DNA of 64,000 nt from Callorhinchus milii (lineage: Eukaryota). The stretch covers positions 72,542,001-72,606,000 of the forward strand of contig NW_024704742.1 in NCBI RefSeq assembly GCF_018977255.1, written 5' to 3'. The translations under genes were made by a program, and so were the position numbers. Below are positions 1 through 13,892 of the stretch, one piece after another. Numbering within the stretch: the first letter of the stretch is position 1; every line of letters starts with the position of its first letter. The notes under the pieces were generated by a model that was not told where the DNA came from, did no database searches, and was given only the letters and a program-made list of their open reading frames with translations.

Positions 1-1693
1 ATATCCGCATTGCACCCATCAACCCTCTCTGACACCATCACTTCTAGCCGGTTAGAGTGCAGCTTCTGCAGTTATCAGCAGGATTCATTATCTATGAATT
101 CTGTGCTCCTCCTGGTAATAACTCCTACATGTTAGCTTCTTGATGGCTGTAAAGTTTTAAGGCAAAATAATTTAACTAAACTAAAAAGTTAGTTTAGGAG
201 AATTCTTGGAGTAAAATCTGTGCGTTTGCCTAGTCAGGAAAGCTAACGCAAGGCACGCAATTTGAAATGCAGAGAATCCAGATTCCATTTTAACGGAAAA
301 CTCAGCACTTCTGGCTCCTCTGATATTTCAGTGTATCTGGCGATTGGCCTGTACTTAATACAATCACCTCTGTTTACCCAGGGCACTATCCTCGTCTATA
401 TCCATTGTAACATCATCCACCACAAGCATGAAGTTGGCTTCACCTCTCCCTTGGATTTCATGACTGCTACTGTTCTGCCTGTCTGACGCCAAGGAGCCAC
501 AACACTCAGCAGTTGAATGTTAATACTGAAGCCATCTTGTTGGTTCTCACCAACACCTCTAAGCCAATTTCATCAACAATGCTGGCTGCTCATTCTGGCT
601 GAGCCATGTAGTATATGACCCTGGTATCTGCTCGACCCTGAGCTCAGTTTCAAACCCCACCTCCATGTCACTCCAAACAAAACACTTTCTTCCACCTCCA
701 GAATAATCCTTAAATTTGGTATAGCACCTTTCACATCAGGGGGACATCTCAAAACGCTTCACAAGATACACTGTAAAGTGCACTGACCATGTGTTTTGTA
801 GGCGAATGATGCTAATAACAGCAAATTCTATTGCTGCTTAACAGTCAGAAACAAACTTTTCTAATGGATGCCTTTGATTTCATCCCTTATCATGCTCCTC
901 CAGCACGGTTGATGAGATTACTTAGTTCCTGCAGTAAGCCACTTCTGAACACACAATTTCTCTTCCATTTCTATTAATATTTTGCTGGGCATGCAAACCT
1001 ACTGTTTGGCTTCACACACCAATTACTGTACTTGATAAAATGAATCTGAACTATGAACTTGAGTGTTTTTAAATGGTGTTTGAACTTGGTGAGAGTGCCA
1101 AATCCTCCCTATTGAGAGTCTTCTCAACTGGTAGTGCTGGCTGTGCACTCACTGTGAGCACTAATAGAGATGGAGGTAGGAACAATGCTTGTCGTGCTGG
1201 GATGCTTGCATCAGGTGAGACAGGAGCAGCTGTGATGTATGAGGACTGTCTCAGCTGAAGCAGCAAGAGCAGAGCTTAGACAGACTTTATAAAGCCCCCT
1301 CACATGAGTAGCATCTCGTGGTACATAACAGAGGCGGAGCATGACATCATGCTGGGGAGAGAAGGGAATTGACTTAGACATAATCAAAGAGAAAATAGCT
1401 TCAGGTGTGACCTGAAGATGGGCAAGGAGGGAGCAAGGTGGAGGGATCGACACAGAAATCCCAATTATGCAGAGTAAAACTGCCAAGTGATCTGTAGGGA
1501 AGCAACAATAAATAGGATGATAGAGAAGATAGGAAGTTTGGAAAGAAAAATACACTCATTTTTACACTACCTTATCACATCAAAAATGCCATAAGTACTT
1601 CACAATAGTCACCGCCAAGTACAGTGACATTTTATAGCAAAGAATCCAGTTATTTTGTGTATAGCAAGGTCCCACAACAGCTATGTGGCTAAC

Positions 1694-1836
1694 GGAGTCC
1701 TGTAACGTAGTGGTTAGCACACTCGCCTTGTAAGCGAAAGGACCCGGCTTCAATTCCCGGGTAGGGAGGGCAAAACGTTGGGCAAGTTTCCTTACTCCAC
1801 ACGCTGTATCAAATGTGAGGATTATTATTATTATTA
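1694..1836 (+). mobile_element. Internally deleted SINE (tRNA head fused to tail)
   Basis: Head through ...ttactccacacgc joined directly to tgtatcaaatgtgaggattattatt. Confidence 0.8.
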
Positions 1837-2706
1837 ATGGCCGGTTTATCCGATTTACCAGTTGGGCAGAACTAATATTTATCTTGTCGAATATGTTTTT
1901 NAAAATAAAATACATCATATAAAACAATTTTAAATTGTTTCGTTATCTACTTATTAGAAGCAGACATTTTCTGTACAGAAGGCATGCAGCTTTGTTTGAA
2001 AATCAGCCTGTTATTACAATGCTTATCCTTATCATAATAGAAAAAAAGGTTTTAGAAAAAGGCAATCAATATATTTCAATTTGTATACTAGAGAAAACTG
2101 CTTTAAAGGGAATAGCCAGAGACAATAATTTTGCTTTTCTGAGTATCCTGGGAAAAGAATACACTGCCCTCCTGTATTTAATCTGAATTTAGTTTTTACT
2201 TTACTAAGTATTGATCGACCTCCTAGTTGGGACCCTGACCTTTTTATCATAGATGTTGAGATTTCCATGTTATAAGCACTCCTTCCCCTATAGCTCTTCC
2301 CCACTGTAATAAACTCTCCCTCTCCCCAAAAGCAATAAGCAGCAGGGACATAGATACAGCAACAACAACAACAGCATTTATACAGTGTCTTTCCCCCGGG
2401 GTAGCCTCTCGGAGCACTTAACAATTGGTATAGTTTGACGCTGAACCTGGGAGAAATAGGAAGTGACCGTCAGCATGCTCGAAAAGGAAAGTCTTCATTC
2501 AGCCAGATACAGCAAGGTTCATTAGCTCAGCCTTGGGCACTTCCTCTACTAAAGCAAACATTCAATAATGCTTGAAGTTACAAATCATCTATTTCAGGTG
2601 GAATGAGTTGCCTATTCTCTAAATTGCTGAAGAGCAGGGCCTGAAACTGAAGGATCCTAGTGGATAGGAAAGTCCTGCAGCGCACTGTCGGTCTGCACAA
2701 ACATAC

Positions 2707-2801
2707 CTTTGTTATTGTAGACATCTAGGTAGTTGGGGGCAGAAAAAATGGTAATTAGTGAAGGGAATCCTGTTGTTTGGCTCTTTCTGTACATTCGATA
2801 C
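2707..2801 (-). CDS. PPP3CA: Calcineurin A exon 8 homolog (95 bp): (G)[31 protein letters not shown](A)
   Basis: Translated by hand. FSAPNY motif. cccccag|...|gtatgt. Confidence 0.97.
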
Positions 2802-3169
2802 CTGGGGGTGAGGAAACAAAAATATTAACACTGTCAAGTTCAAAGTACATCAACATGCCACAGCAAAGACAGCAAATTAGACTATTGTGACAACACACTG
2901 TTTTCTTAAGATTAAAGTCACTTTTCGTGAACCTTCTGCAGGCCAGCATTACTCTGAACTGAGAGCGAGTGACCTTTGTATAGCTATAAGGTAACTGAAA
3001 AAAACTGGAGCACGATTATCAATAGCTTTAGTTATATGAAATTCCTCTATTCTCATACTCATACTGGATATAGTTCCACAGGTACCATCTATGCTCCAAA
3101 ACCTTGCTGTTCTTACAATTGCATTCACTTTATCTGTTTATCAGTCACAGATATTGGACACAACCCTGA

Positions 3170-3279
3170 TAGATGCCAGCAAAATAGACCTCCTTAAAGC
3201 TGTGCCCAGGTTTCTAGCGACACCTAGATGCCAGCAAAATAGACCTCCTCAAACCTGTGCCCAGGTTTCTAGCGACACC
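3170..3279. repeat. Tandem duplication, 2 x 55 bp
   Basis: tagatgccagcaaaatagacctcc...ctagcgacacc occurs twice with 2 mismatches. Confidence 0.95.
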
Positions 3280-3638
3280 TTTGACCATTTTAACCTTTGA
3301 ACACTGCAACACAAGAAACCTTGTGACATGAACACGATTTCACATATACACATAACAGCAATATTTGCTGATAGCAAAAGCGAGACTTTGTATTTTTTTT
3401 AAACAGGATACAATTTAGTGTCAGAAATTTGGTAGGGAGAGAAAGAAAGACAGAGAGAGAGAAACTCAGAGAAAGAGACAGACTCATATAAAGATACTGA
3501 TATGTTCAGAGAGAGATGTACATGCGCTCACACGCACAGAAAGAGAGAGAGACACACACAGACACACACAAACAGACTTAGAAAGTCAGAGTGAGGCTGG
3601 CATATATGATGCTACAGTTAACAGTAAAAGTCTTTTTT

Positions 3639-3953
3639 TAATAATAATAATATCCTTGCATTTGATATAGCGCTTTTCATGTCGGGAGGACGTCCCAAAG
3701 CACTTCACAGAACGCAATGTAAAGTGAAGTGACTGTGTATTTGTGGGTGAACGCGGCAGCCAATTGCGCACAGCAATGTCCCACAATCAGTCGTAGATTA
3801 AAAATAACCAATTTATTATTGTTTTGGTTTTGGAGGGATTATTATTAGGCGTGTGGAGTAAGGAAACTTGCCCAAGGTTTCGCCCTGTGCCTGGAATTGA
3901 ACTCAGGTCTCTCGCTTGCAAAACAAGTGCTCTAACCACTGAGCTACAGGACT
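3639..3953 (-). mobile_element. tRNA-derived DeuSINE-type SINE, near full length
   Basis: A-box/B-box tRNA head, Deu-like core (gtgggacattgctgtgcgcaattggctgccgcgtt), L2-like tail with (ATT)n. Confidence 0.92.
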
Positions 3954-5585
3954 TTAAGCAAACTCTAGCCAATTTGTATTTTGTTTGCTTATCCACAATG
4001 AGGCCAATCCCAATCAGGGTGCATAATTGGCTCTCTATTATTAACCCAAGGGTAAATCATCCTGTTTAAGATCAACATCCACACTTTCCATGACTGCTCT
4101 CAAAATCAGGTAACTCAGCACAAACCATGACCTTCAGCTCTGTATGACTCACTTTCACTGTAGGTGGTACCCTCACCATCAGCTCTACAAGGAATCTAAC
4201 TAAAACATGGGTGTGACTGCTAAATTTATAAAGTCAGCAATTAGCTAACAAATTCAATTGAAATAAACTCAGGGTACACTGGTAATACACAGCAGGGCAG
4301 TGAACTAACTACTGGTGTGTTGATGGAGGTTCACATCCAACCATTAACCTCTCTCTCTTCCTTCCCTCCCACCTCCCCCACCGACACTGATCAACCTGCT
4401 GTGTTTTTACATGACTTCCTATTTTTATTTAAGATTTTCTCCATTCACAGCTTTTCTTTTCTTTTAAATTAAAATAATCCTCTCAATTTATCTCCATTTC
4501 TCTGCTCTTTGGGCCTCTGTTCCTCAACTGGGTTACCAATTTAATGCTACTTCAATCACCCAATGGTATTTCAATGCCAAACCTGGTTCCAAATCTAATA
4601 ATAATAATCCTTGCATTTGATACAGCACTTTTCATGTCTTCTAGATGTCTCAAAGCGCTTCACAGAATAGACTGTAAAGTGAATTGACTGTATATTTGTG
4701 GGCGAAACCTGAAGCGTTGGTATTTTCTACCTCTCTGACAGGGCATTACTTCATACACTTCACTTATTTTCGCCCACAAAATAAACACTGCACTTTACAG
4801 TAAATCCTGTGAAGTGCTTTAGAACATCCTACTGATGTGAAAGGTGCCTAATTCAACTTTATATAACATCGGGGGGGGGGGGGGGGAGAAGGAAGAGGAT
4901 ATATTATTCTCACCCCCAACCCCACCTCCTGATGCAGGCGATTTTATCATTTGAATCAAAGTTTGCTAAAATTTAAGCTGGGAAAAATAAATTCTCCAAA
5001 AAACAGGATCAGGTCAGAATATTGTACTAATAATGATGAAGATAATGTTGGTGATCTTAAACATTTCACTATTTAGCAAATAAACTGGAGCTTAAAGCAA
5101 CAAACACCAACAACTTGCATTTATACATCTCACAGTGGTGAGGTCAGATGCCAAAAAAGGTGGCAGGTGGCCTTTGGTCAATTAAAGAGGTAGGTTTCAC
5201 AATACAACACATTTATATAGCACTTTTCATGTTGGAAGAATGTGTCAAAGTGCTTAAAGGTAGGATTTGGACAGATAGAGAGAGACCAAGGTGGAGGAAT
5301 AGGAGGAACGGAGTTCCAGATGTTAGGGGGACGGAGTTCCAGATGTTAGGGGAAGAGCGATTGAAAGTTTGTCCACGGACGGTGGCATGGAGGGGGTGGG
5401 GACATGCAGCAGAACTGAATTAGTCAATCGGAAGTGATGAGCTGTGTAGTGGGGGATGAGAAGATCAGAGAGATTGAGAAATGCGAGAGTGCAAAGGGAT
5501 TTGCAGGTGATCTTATCAATGGTCACATCAATGATTAACATTCAGATAAAACAGTACATCCACTTCAGAGAGTACAGCCACCTAC

Positions 5586-5663
5586 CCAGCATCCTGTGCC
5601 TCATGAGCTCGGATTACTGATAATAAATTATTATGTTGTAGGAATTCACACACAGCGGGGTAA
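5586..5663 (-). CDS. PPP3CA: Calcineurin A exon 7 homolog (78 bp): (S)[25 protein letters not shown](G)
   Basis: Translated by hand. RAHE motif. ttttcag|...|gtaggt, phase 2 at both ends. Confidence 0.97.
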
Positions 5664-7652
5664 CTGAAAAGAGAAACAGATGAAAGGGTATTAGTCTCGC
5701 GAATGGCCTTTACGATTTGTCACACGGTCATAAACGCCATCATCACCTCCATTAGCAAGCTGCACCCGCTCTTCCCAACACTGTCCACAGGTCCTGTTCC
5801 TGGTGTTTCTCCTGTTAACTGGCCGCCTGACAGCTGTCTCCAGCAGACACACTAAGCAGGTCTATGCACTCCACTTTAATTGAGTGAAGAATGAACACAG
5901 AAACAGCACAACTTATTTTCCCAAGTAGTCAATCCATTGTTCCAGATTTTTTAAAAAAATCTGACATGAGAAACAAGATACAGCAATTCTGATTTGCAAT
6001 ACAATTACTGCCTGCTTCTTATCCAGGATACGTGCATCAAGAGATCATCAAACTAAAACATCTTTCTCTCACTCTCCAGCTCTCTTTCTGTTACAGGCAG
6101 CTAAATCTTTGCATTTGAGCCTGAACAGTGAGTGAGAGCAACCCAGAGTTGCTAAAGCTAACTATATGTAAAATTCTCTGCTCTGCACAACTGCTGAGAT
6201 CACTAACTCAGGACTCGACAATCAAGCCAAGGTCTATCTGGGCATGTGTGGCTCACACTTGCTTTCCATTGAAGCCATTGGGGTGAGTTCTGGGGTTATG
6301 TCTACTTAAACACAGTCACTGAGCACAATCATAAATGAAGCGGTGCAAGAGGAAAGTAAATTCCTAAACAAAGAAGTTAAACGTGGATAGCCTCCCAATG
6401 GTGAATAGCTGCATTTAGCAAGTGCAACCAGCACCAAGGAGTCATTGAACTGGAAAGAACAGCTAATTCACAGTATCTGCGCTGCTTGTACATTCCTTCA
6501 ATCTGTCAATTCTCCACACTATATCCCACTGCCAACACTTGTGAGGATGGCGGTCCAATTTACCATAGCACTGAAGCAGCAATTTAATTTCCCCAGAGTG
6601 CTACTCTTTGCTAAGGCTGCAGTACAGCATGGGATGGGGCTTCAGTACTCCAGTCACAATTCATAGCAGCGGACACAGGAATTGCTCTGTGCTTTGAATC
6701 ATCAATCACTCAGTAAGACTGCACTAAAGGTTGAAATGTTTCTCAGTTGGGATCCCTCTGTACAAATCTCCGGATATAGGTGCCCCTCGGATATCAGCCA
6801 ATAATACTTGGGAGGATTTCCTGGCTGTTGGGGATAACCGTCTGTTACTGGTGATAAAATCTATTAAAAACAGATCTGGACATCCTCTGCAATCACCATG
6901 GTTCAACCCTGCCCATGTGCAACACCCACTGGAGGCCAATTCGACCAGAGTGCCGAAAGTTAAACAAAATACAATTTTTTATACTTCATACACTATTCAT
7001 TAAGTTATGAACTCCTAACAAGGCAGTGACGAATATTGAGAACAGAAGAGTCCATTGTTGAAGTCAGATTGAGTTGGGGAACGAAAGCAGACTGTTCAAA
7101 GTCCGTCACGATGTGTTGCCCAGTGGAGACTTAGGGAGTTCCCATGGGTGGGGGGGGAACAAAATGCGAGTCAACAAAGGCTGCTATCAGGCACCATAAA
7201 TAACTTCAACTACTTAAATATTATGCTAGAATGATGGATATAAATGGAAGAAATTTGTGGTGAAAATAAACACTCCTGTGCTTTGCTCCAATTTAAAGGG
7301 GCTTCATACTTTGGTGTAATTGTTACAGTTTATGCTTTTTACACACAACTTTAGTACAAGTTTTGTTTTAATTGAACAGAAACAGTTTATTTCAGTGCCT
7401 TGGGACATCCTCCCGACGTGAAAGGCTCTCAATAAATGGAATCTTGTTGTTGTTGTTGTTTATTGGGTTTAGGTATAAGTTCTGGTTGTACCTCGGTGGC
7501 CTCTGCAGAAACCAATGCAAATTGTGACTCTAATCCAACCCATGTCTTTCCTTTGAAATAAATAAATGCAAACAAGCTAGTTTCAATTTGTAGCTAAACT
7601 GTATTACAACTGTAATGGAGTCCATAGCGTAGTGGTTAGCGTGCTTGCCTCC

Positions 7653-8080
7653 CACAATCACAACAAGATTGCATTTATAGAGCACCTTTCACGTCGGGAG
7701 GACGTCCCAAAGCGCTGGACAGTTGGGTTGGGACCCGAGCAGGGGGGAAATGGTCAGGGTGAGCGGAGGGAAGGGAGGGAGCGAGGAGGGGTTAGAGAGT
7801 CGAGAGGTGAGCTGAAGGCACGGTTGAAGAGAAAGGTCTTGAGATCGGCCTTGAAGAAGGAAAGGGAGGAAGCGGTGAAGGCACTGGGGGATGGAGTTCC
7901 AGAGCCTAGGGGCTGAAAGCCCGGCCACCGATGGTAGGGCAGTTAGGGCGGGGGATGTGGAGCAGACCAGAGCCAGAGGAACGGAGGGTAAGGCAGGTAA
8001 GTAGGGTGATAGTAGGTCGGAGAGGAGGAGGGAGCAAGGCCGTGAATGGCCTTGTAGGTGAGGATTAGGATCTTGAATTC
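7653..8080 (-). mobile_element. L2 LINE 3' fragment inserted into a tRNA-SINE head
   Basis: Matches the 3' end of the 22.9-kb L2. SINE head pieces at 7616-7652 and 8081-8106. Confidence 0.88.
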
Positions 8081-11000
8081 GAAAGCGAGAGGAACCGGAT
8101 TCAATTATAATAATTATAGGACCTTATTTACTGCAGTCAATTTATTGCAGTATTTACTGTGGGAAAAGAGTAGGGAATTGGGATTAAAGTAGTTAGCTCC
8201 AGTGGACAAGCTTACACCATCTTAGGCTGGATGGACAATTGGCCCCCTTCTGCCTTCTACGATTCCAGCATGATGAATCAACGAATGAGATTTATGGTAT
8301 TATTTGATGTTAATATGGTTTAGCACACATGTGAAAAATGCCCACACTTAGAAGACTACGACCGTCATCAACTAAGCCCATAGAATGGATGAGAACCCCA
8401 TGGATTTGTAGCTAGCTGAAACAATCATTTATAAATGAGCATGGATTGTGCTCTTTTCTAGGAATGCTAGTCAGGGCAACCTTACATAAATCTTCCCTTT
8501 TAAAGGCCCATCTCTAAGTCACCTAAAGATATTCAACACTGCTGGTTTGGGACATGGAGAAAAGCTCTGTCCCCAAGACTGTCACCACATGGATTCTTAT
8601 CAGATATTCATTGCTCTCTTTCAAGAGGTTGCAATCAAGTTAGAAATAGCCTATCAAACACTTTCGCACAAAGATAAGCAACCCATCAAATCGCTCAACA
8701 TTTGCTAGATTTCTTTTCAAGTGGATTTTCGTTTGTGAGCAAGTATTCCTTTTTACTCCCTGTCAAAGAGTTGTTGACTGGCCCAGTATCACTGAGCACC
8801 ATAATAGTCTGGACTTACACTTTCATGGTTACATGAAATTGCTGTTGCTTATCGACTGCACCCATCGAGTTTACACTGCAGTGAGGGAAACCAAGAGGCT
8901 TGTGATGCTGTTCATCTAGGTGGACTCAGGAGCTGGGCTCAAGCACTATTCACCCCGGAGCAGTCTCGACTTACATTTCCCATTTTTGATTAAATCTCAG
9001 CCAAAGTGCTACTAATGCACAGGCAAACAACCAACAACAAAATACATTTATATAATGCCTAGAAAACAAAGTCAAATCAGCAATTCTATGTCCCACGGCA
9101 TAGACACAACATTACTAATTTGACTTTGTTTTCTAGGGTAAGGATTTTAAATGGAAAATACAGTGGAACGCTGGAAAAATCCCAACCAGCCATACAACAG
9201 GACACGCTTGGCAGTTAGCATTCCTACATTCACTGCATGTTGGCTCATGCAGTAAGTGGTCAGCTACATCGGCAGTTCAAAATGCCAATCAGTGCATGGG
9301 AAGCCAGGAGATCATCACACTGTCAAATTTTGGATCTTTTGGGTAAAAAATGCCAGGTCCAAGCCCCCCTCTCCCTTCCCCGATCATGTTATAAGGGAAA
9401 CCCATATTGTACAAAGCTCTTTCTAATGGAGTTCTATTGTACTAGATTTGAAGTTGCATTCTTCCTTGATGTTCAGATGAAGCTTCTACAGGATCTTGCA
9501 CTCCTGAAACTCATTTCCAAGCATAAATCACCTACGACTGCCAGACCTGTGTTCCACTGCAAGCTTGTAATAAATAACAATAATACTTGCAGTTGATATA
9601 GCACCTACATTGTCAAACATCACAACATTTCACAGGAAATTGCTTCTAAGTTTGTTTGTAGCCAAATGATGGCAGCAAATTTGCATACAGCAATGCTCTA
9701 CAAACAACCATGAAGTGATTGACCAATTTTACATGGAGGAGTGTTGGCCAGGCCATCGGGTTGAAGAATGAGCCATAAAGACAGATCTATATCTGACCTT
9801 TGATTTCAAAAATGGTATAGCGGTGACTTCAGCGTCTAATTAATAGCATTTGTTAAAGATATCTTTGTGAGAAATGTTCAATTTTCTAAAACATGGTAAT
9901 GTTAATGACACACATTTCCTCAGAAATCTAATTAGAAATGCTGCAAATCAGACCCCATCTTCCTCACAAGTTGTATATTGTATTTAATCTTATAGTCCAG
10001 GCTGACACTCCAGTACATTGCTGGAGGAGCGCTGAAATATCAATGGTGCAATTCTCAGAATAAGATGTTAAACCAAGGTCCCATCTGCCTGTTCAGGTGA
10101 TTGTTAAATATCCCACAATGCTCTTTCAAAAGAAAAGGATACTTATCCTTTGTGTTCTAGCCAATAATCCTCCAGATTACAATTGTGGTCATTCATTCTC
10201 TTCTTGACTGATGTAAAACAGTGTTGTGGGCAAATTGGTTATCGGATTGACCCACAAAATAAACAGTCACTACATTTTGCAAAATGTTTTTAAATAATGA
10301 GACTTCAACACGTTAAAGCACTAGATTAAATGCAAGGATTATTCTTAATAATACAACAAGTCTTAGGTATGTTTTGTATTTCCCCATTCCCACTCCAGAA
10401 CACCAAAACATGCTAACATATAGCCTTTTAGCATTTCTGCAACTGGACAGTAGGTACAGAGATCTTGGCTTGGGGGCAGATGAAAGTTTTCATATAATAT
10501 ACTGAAGCAAGGAGAAAAAAATGGACTGTTTCAATATAGACTCAATGTCCAGGTTACCTTTTAAACATTTCCAAGTATCCCACCAAGTTGAACTGATTGT
10601 GACAAATCTTGTTGCATTCCCATTTTGATAATTTACTTTTTCAGCTGGTACATTAAAGAAGTTGCACACAGTACCATGCATCATACAGTAGGTGGCAACG
10701 CCAACCAATTGACAGTTTTTAATCATTAGCCAAGTGCGAAGAAGCCTTGGCCCCATTACTGTTACTGCCTCTTAGAGGGAATCAGAAACACAACACGTTG
10801 CACCTTCACAGCTACTTGTAGTCGTCACGTGTGCAATAATGGTTTCCGTTCAAATCACCAATGCTACTGAAAGCAAAAGGTGTCAGGAGTGTAGTATTTA
10901 TATCCACTAACAGTCATATCTATAAAGTTCTCCACCCTATTTAGCTCAGGAGGCAAATGCGAGATGTGTGAAAGGCACTACATAAATGCAAGTTTTTGGT

Positions 11001-13260
11001 ATTGTCAGGGTTACAAATCAGAGAGTTCAAGCTTAATTTCCAATTCGTGCAAATCTCAAGTTAAGAATGCAATGGGGTTGGGGGGGTATCTTTAACTCCG
11101 CAAGCTTCACTTGTACTCATCCAGTGCTCAATTACTGAAAATCTAGGGGAGGGGAAAACAGAGGAAAGTCTTTTCAGTCCATAATAGCGTACCACACAGA
11201 AGGATTGTTGTACCAATGTGCACAGCGACAGCAGCCATAGTAATCTGCAACTCAATCACCTCTTCCTAGGGTGTGTACAGATGGTGCCAGACTGAGCAAA
11301 GGCAAAGCAAATAAAGATGGAAAGGCAACAGTCGATAACCATTTCAAGACAAAAGAGTCATCAATTCTTGGGATGGTGTGCCTTACATTGCAGTATTTGC
11401 TTTAAAAGGCAAAGGTTAAACATGAAAAAAATGAGTCTCTCGCAGAAAAAGTAATCTCCTTGCCTTCAATAACGTTATTCATTATTCAATATTTACTAAC
11501 ATATCAATTTAATAATTAACTGAATTCAATATTCAGTTCAATAATTTAATTCAGGGACCCAGACTCCAGGTAACACCTTCCAGCAGTTGTCGCCACAAGC
11601 TGCAGAGTTTCCTCATCAGCTATCTGATAGACATTTGGCCTAAGTGTGTGGGAGAACCTTTACAGGACAGCTTGTGACGTGCCAGCCACCTTGATGTTCT
11701 TGAAGTCAAAGTCCAATGTTGCGTACCAGACTTACTCAGCACCAGCTGCTCAATCCAGGTCCAGGTCCTCATGTGAGTGGCTTTGACTGCCTCCATGGTG
11801 CTCAATGACTGGTCAGGCTGGAGCCTTCTTATAAACTTGACCTGCATTGGGATCATGACCAGAGTGCCCTTCACGCCTTTTCTCTGTGGTTCTTGAGGAC
11901 AATGTCCAAGCAAAAGCTGGTGACCACTACAACCCCCAGGTACAGCACTCCTTTACCCAACTGTCCAGCGCCTTGGGACGTCCTCCCGACGTGAAAGGCG
12001 CTCTATAAATGGAATCTTGTTGTTGTATATGTGTTAAACTGATACAAATGAGAGCACTTTCACATCTGATAAGAAGGTTGTGCGTTCAAGTCCATATTAG
12101 AGCTTGAGCTCACAGTCTAGGCAGTCTCTCCAGTGTAGCAATGGGAAAATGTTCACACTCATGGGATCAATCCATTTGGGGTTGTGAACCAATGTACTTG
12201 TTACTTGTTTATCTCCCACATTTGACTTTTGACTCCCTGCATATCCCCCAGGACCCTTAAACCCATCAACAAGCCAGCTCTCACCTTTCCCTCCCCAGAT
12301 AACCAGGCTCTTGCTAATCTGTCACAGAGACAAACAGTTTTGCACACAATTGACATGGGGGAAGAGATGCTGGCTCTCGTGGGTTTCTAGATCAATAGGC
12401 TCTTTAACTTGCTGATGGACAGAAACTGGCTTCTTTGGCTTTGTTTCTCCCAGTGTCCTGGCCAACAATTCCCCAGATTAAAAAAAAAATCACCTTATGG
12501 CTGTTTGTGGGACTTTGCTATGCACACATTGGATGATGCGTTTGCCTACAAAAATATATGGTCACAGCACTTTGCAGTAAATCCTGTGAAGAGAGACTCA
12601 AGAATCTAACAATAAGGAACAATAATAAGCACTAGGCAGCTGACTGCCTCCATGGTGCTCAATGACAGGTCAGGCCGGAGGCTTCGTACCTATGAGCTTG
12701 TTTTTAGTGATTTGTATACGTGGACACCCAAATCCCTTTGCTCCTCCACAGTTATTAGTTTCTCACCATTTAGAAAATATTCTGTTTTGCTATTTTTGAA
12801 TCCATAGTGGATGACCTCACACTTCCCCACATTGAATTCCATCTGCCACAGTTTTGCCCACTCAGTTAATCTTTGTAACTTCCTGCCCCCATCGACACAA
12901 TTTACTGTGCCCCCTAACTTTGTGTCATCTACACATTTTGATATAAAACTCTATTCCTTCATCCAAGTCATTTATGTAAAAAGCTGAGGCCTCAGTACAG
13001 ACCCCTGGGGAGCATCACTTGTCATGTCCTGTCAATCAGAGAACATTCCTTTTATCCATAGTCTTTGTTTCTTGCCTCCTAACCAATTACCAAGCCACTT
13101 CACAAGGTTACCTCTGATTCCATGCCCTTCGACTTTTGCTAATAACTACTCGTGTGGAACCTTATCAAATGCCTTCTGGAAGTCAACGTAGATGACATCT
13201 CTCTTATCCATGTTAGTGACCTCCTCAAAAAATTCAATTAGATAGTTCAGACATGACCTG

Positions 13261-13531
13261 GGCCAATAGAAAAGTGCAGTTACACTTTTTCCGCGGAATC
13301 CGCTATAAACAGTGCCTTCCGCTACAAAGCCCACCATAAAATTAAGTTGCTGGTCCCAGGCCTCGCGCTGTTTAACCCACGCTACGGTGGGCGGAGGGGC
13401 AACGGAGGCTCATGTGCAGTTGGCGGTAAAATGTACCTCAATAGCACCGATCAACACCCCACAATTTTCCACAAGACTGGGTAAATCCCTCTGCAATTTT
13501 TTGCAAATACTTCCGCACTTTTCTCTTGGCC
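13261..13531. mobile_element. MITE with 17-bp terminal inverted repeats (possibly PIF/Harbinger-like)
   Basis: ggccaatagaaaagtgc ... gcacttttctcttggcc, one mismatch. Interrupts the CR1. Confidence 0.8.
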
Positions 13532-13892
13532 TAGGACATGACCTATCCTTCACAATCCATGCTGACTCTCGTTGATTAGCTCATGTTTGCCAAGTGCTCA
13601 GTCACTCTGTCCCTGATGAGAGATTCCAGTAATTTCCCACAATTGAAGTTGAGCTGACAAGTCTGTACTTACCTGGTTTCTCCCTCCCTTCCTTCTTAAA
13701 TAATGGGATGACATTTGTAATTTTCCAATCCAAGGGCCCAATTCCTAAATACAGAGAGCTTTGGAAAATTATGACTTATTCATCTACAATTTTCTCCCCT
13801 ACTTCTTTTAATACATTGGGATGTAATCCATCAGGTCCTGGAGATTTGTCTATTTTTAGTCCCATTGTTTTCTCCGTTACCATTTTTTTATA

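Noticed and set aside
1069..1280. Good-looking acceptor (ctctgctcttgctgcttcag|, exon start 1254) and a 65-aa minus-strand ORF as exon 9 or an alternative terminal exon
   Set aside because: No similarity to exon 9 (AVLKYENNVMNIRQF). In the phase left by exon 8 it reads only AETVLIHHSCSCLT* and has no further support.
3170..3279. CRISPR-like repeat
   Set aside because: Only two abutting units, no spacers, and a vertebrate context.
3091..3300. ORF containing KAVP resembling the calcineurin N-terminus (VVKAVPFP)
   Set aside because: Wrong strand and position; the match is only four residues within the tandem duplication.
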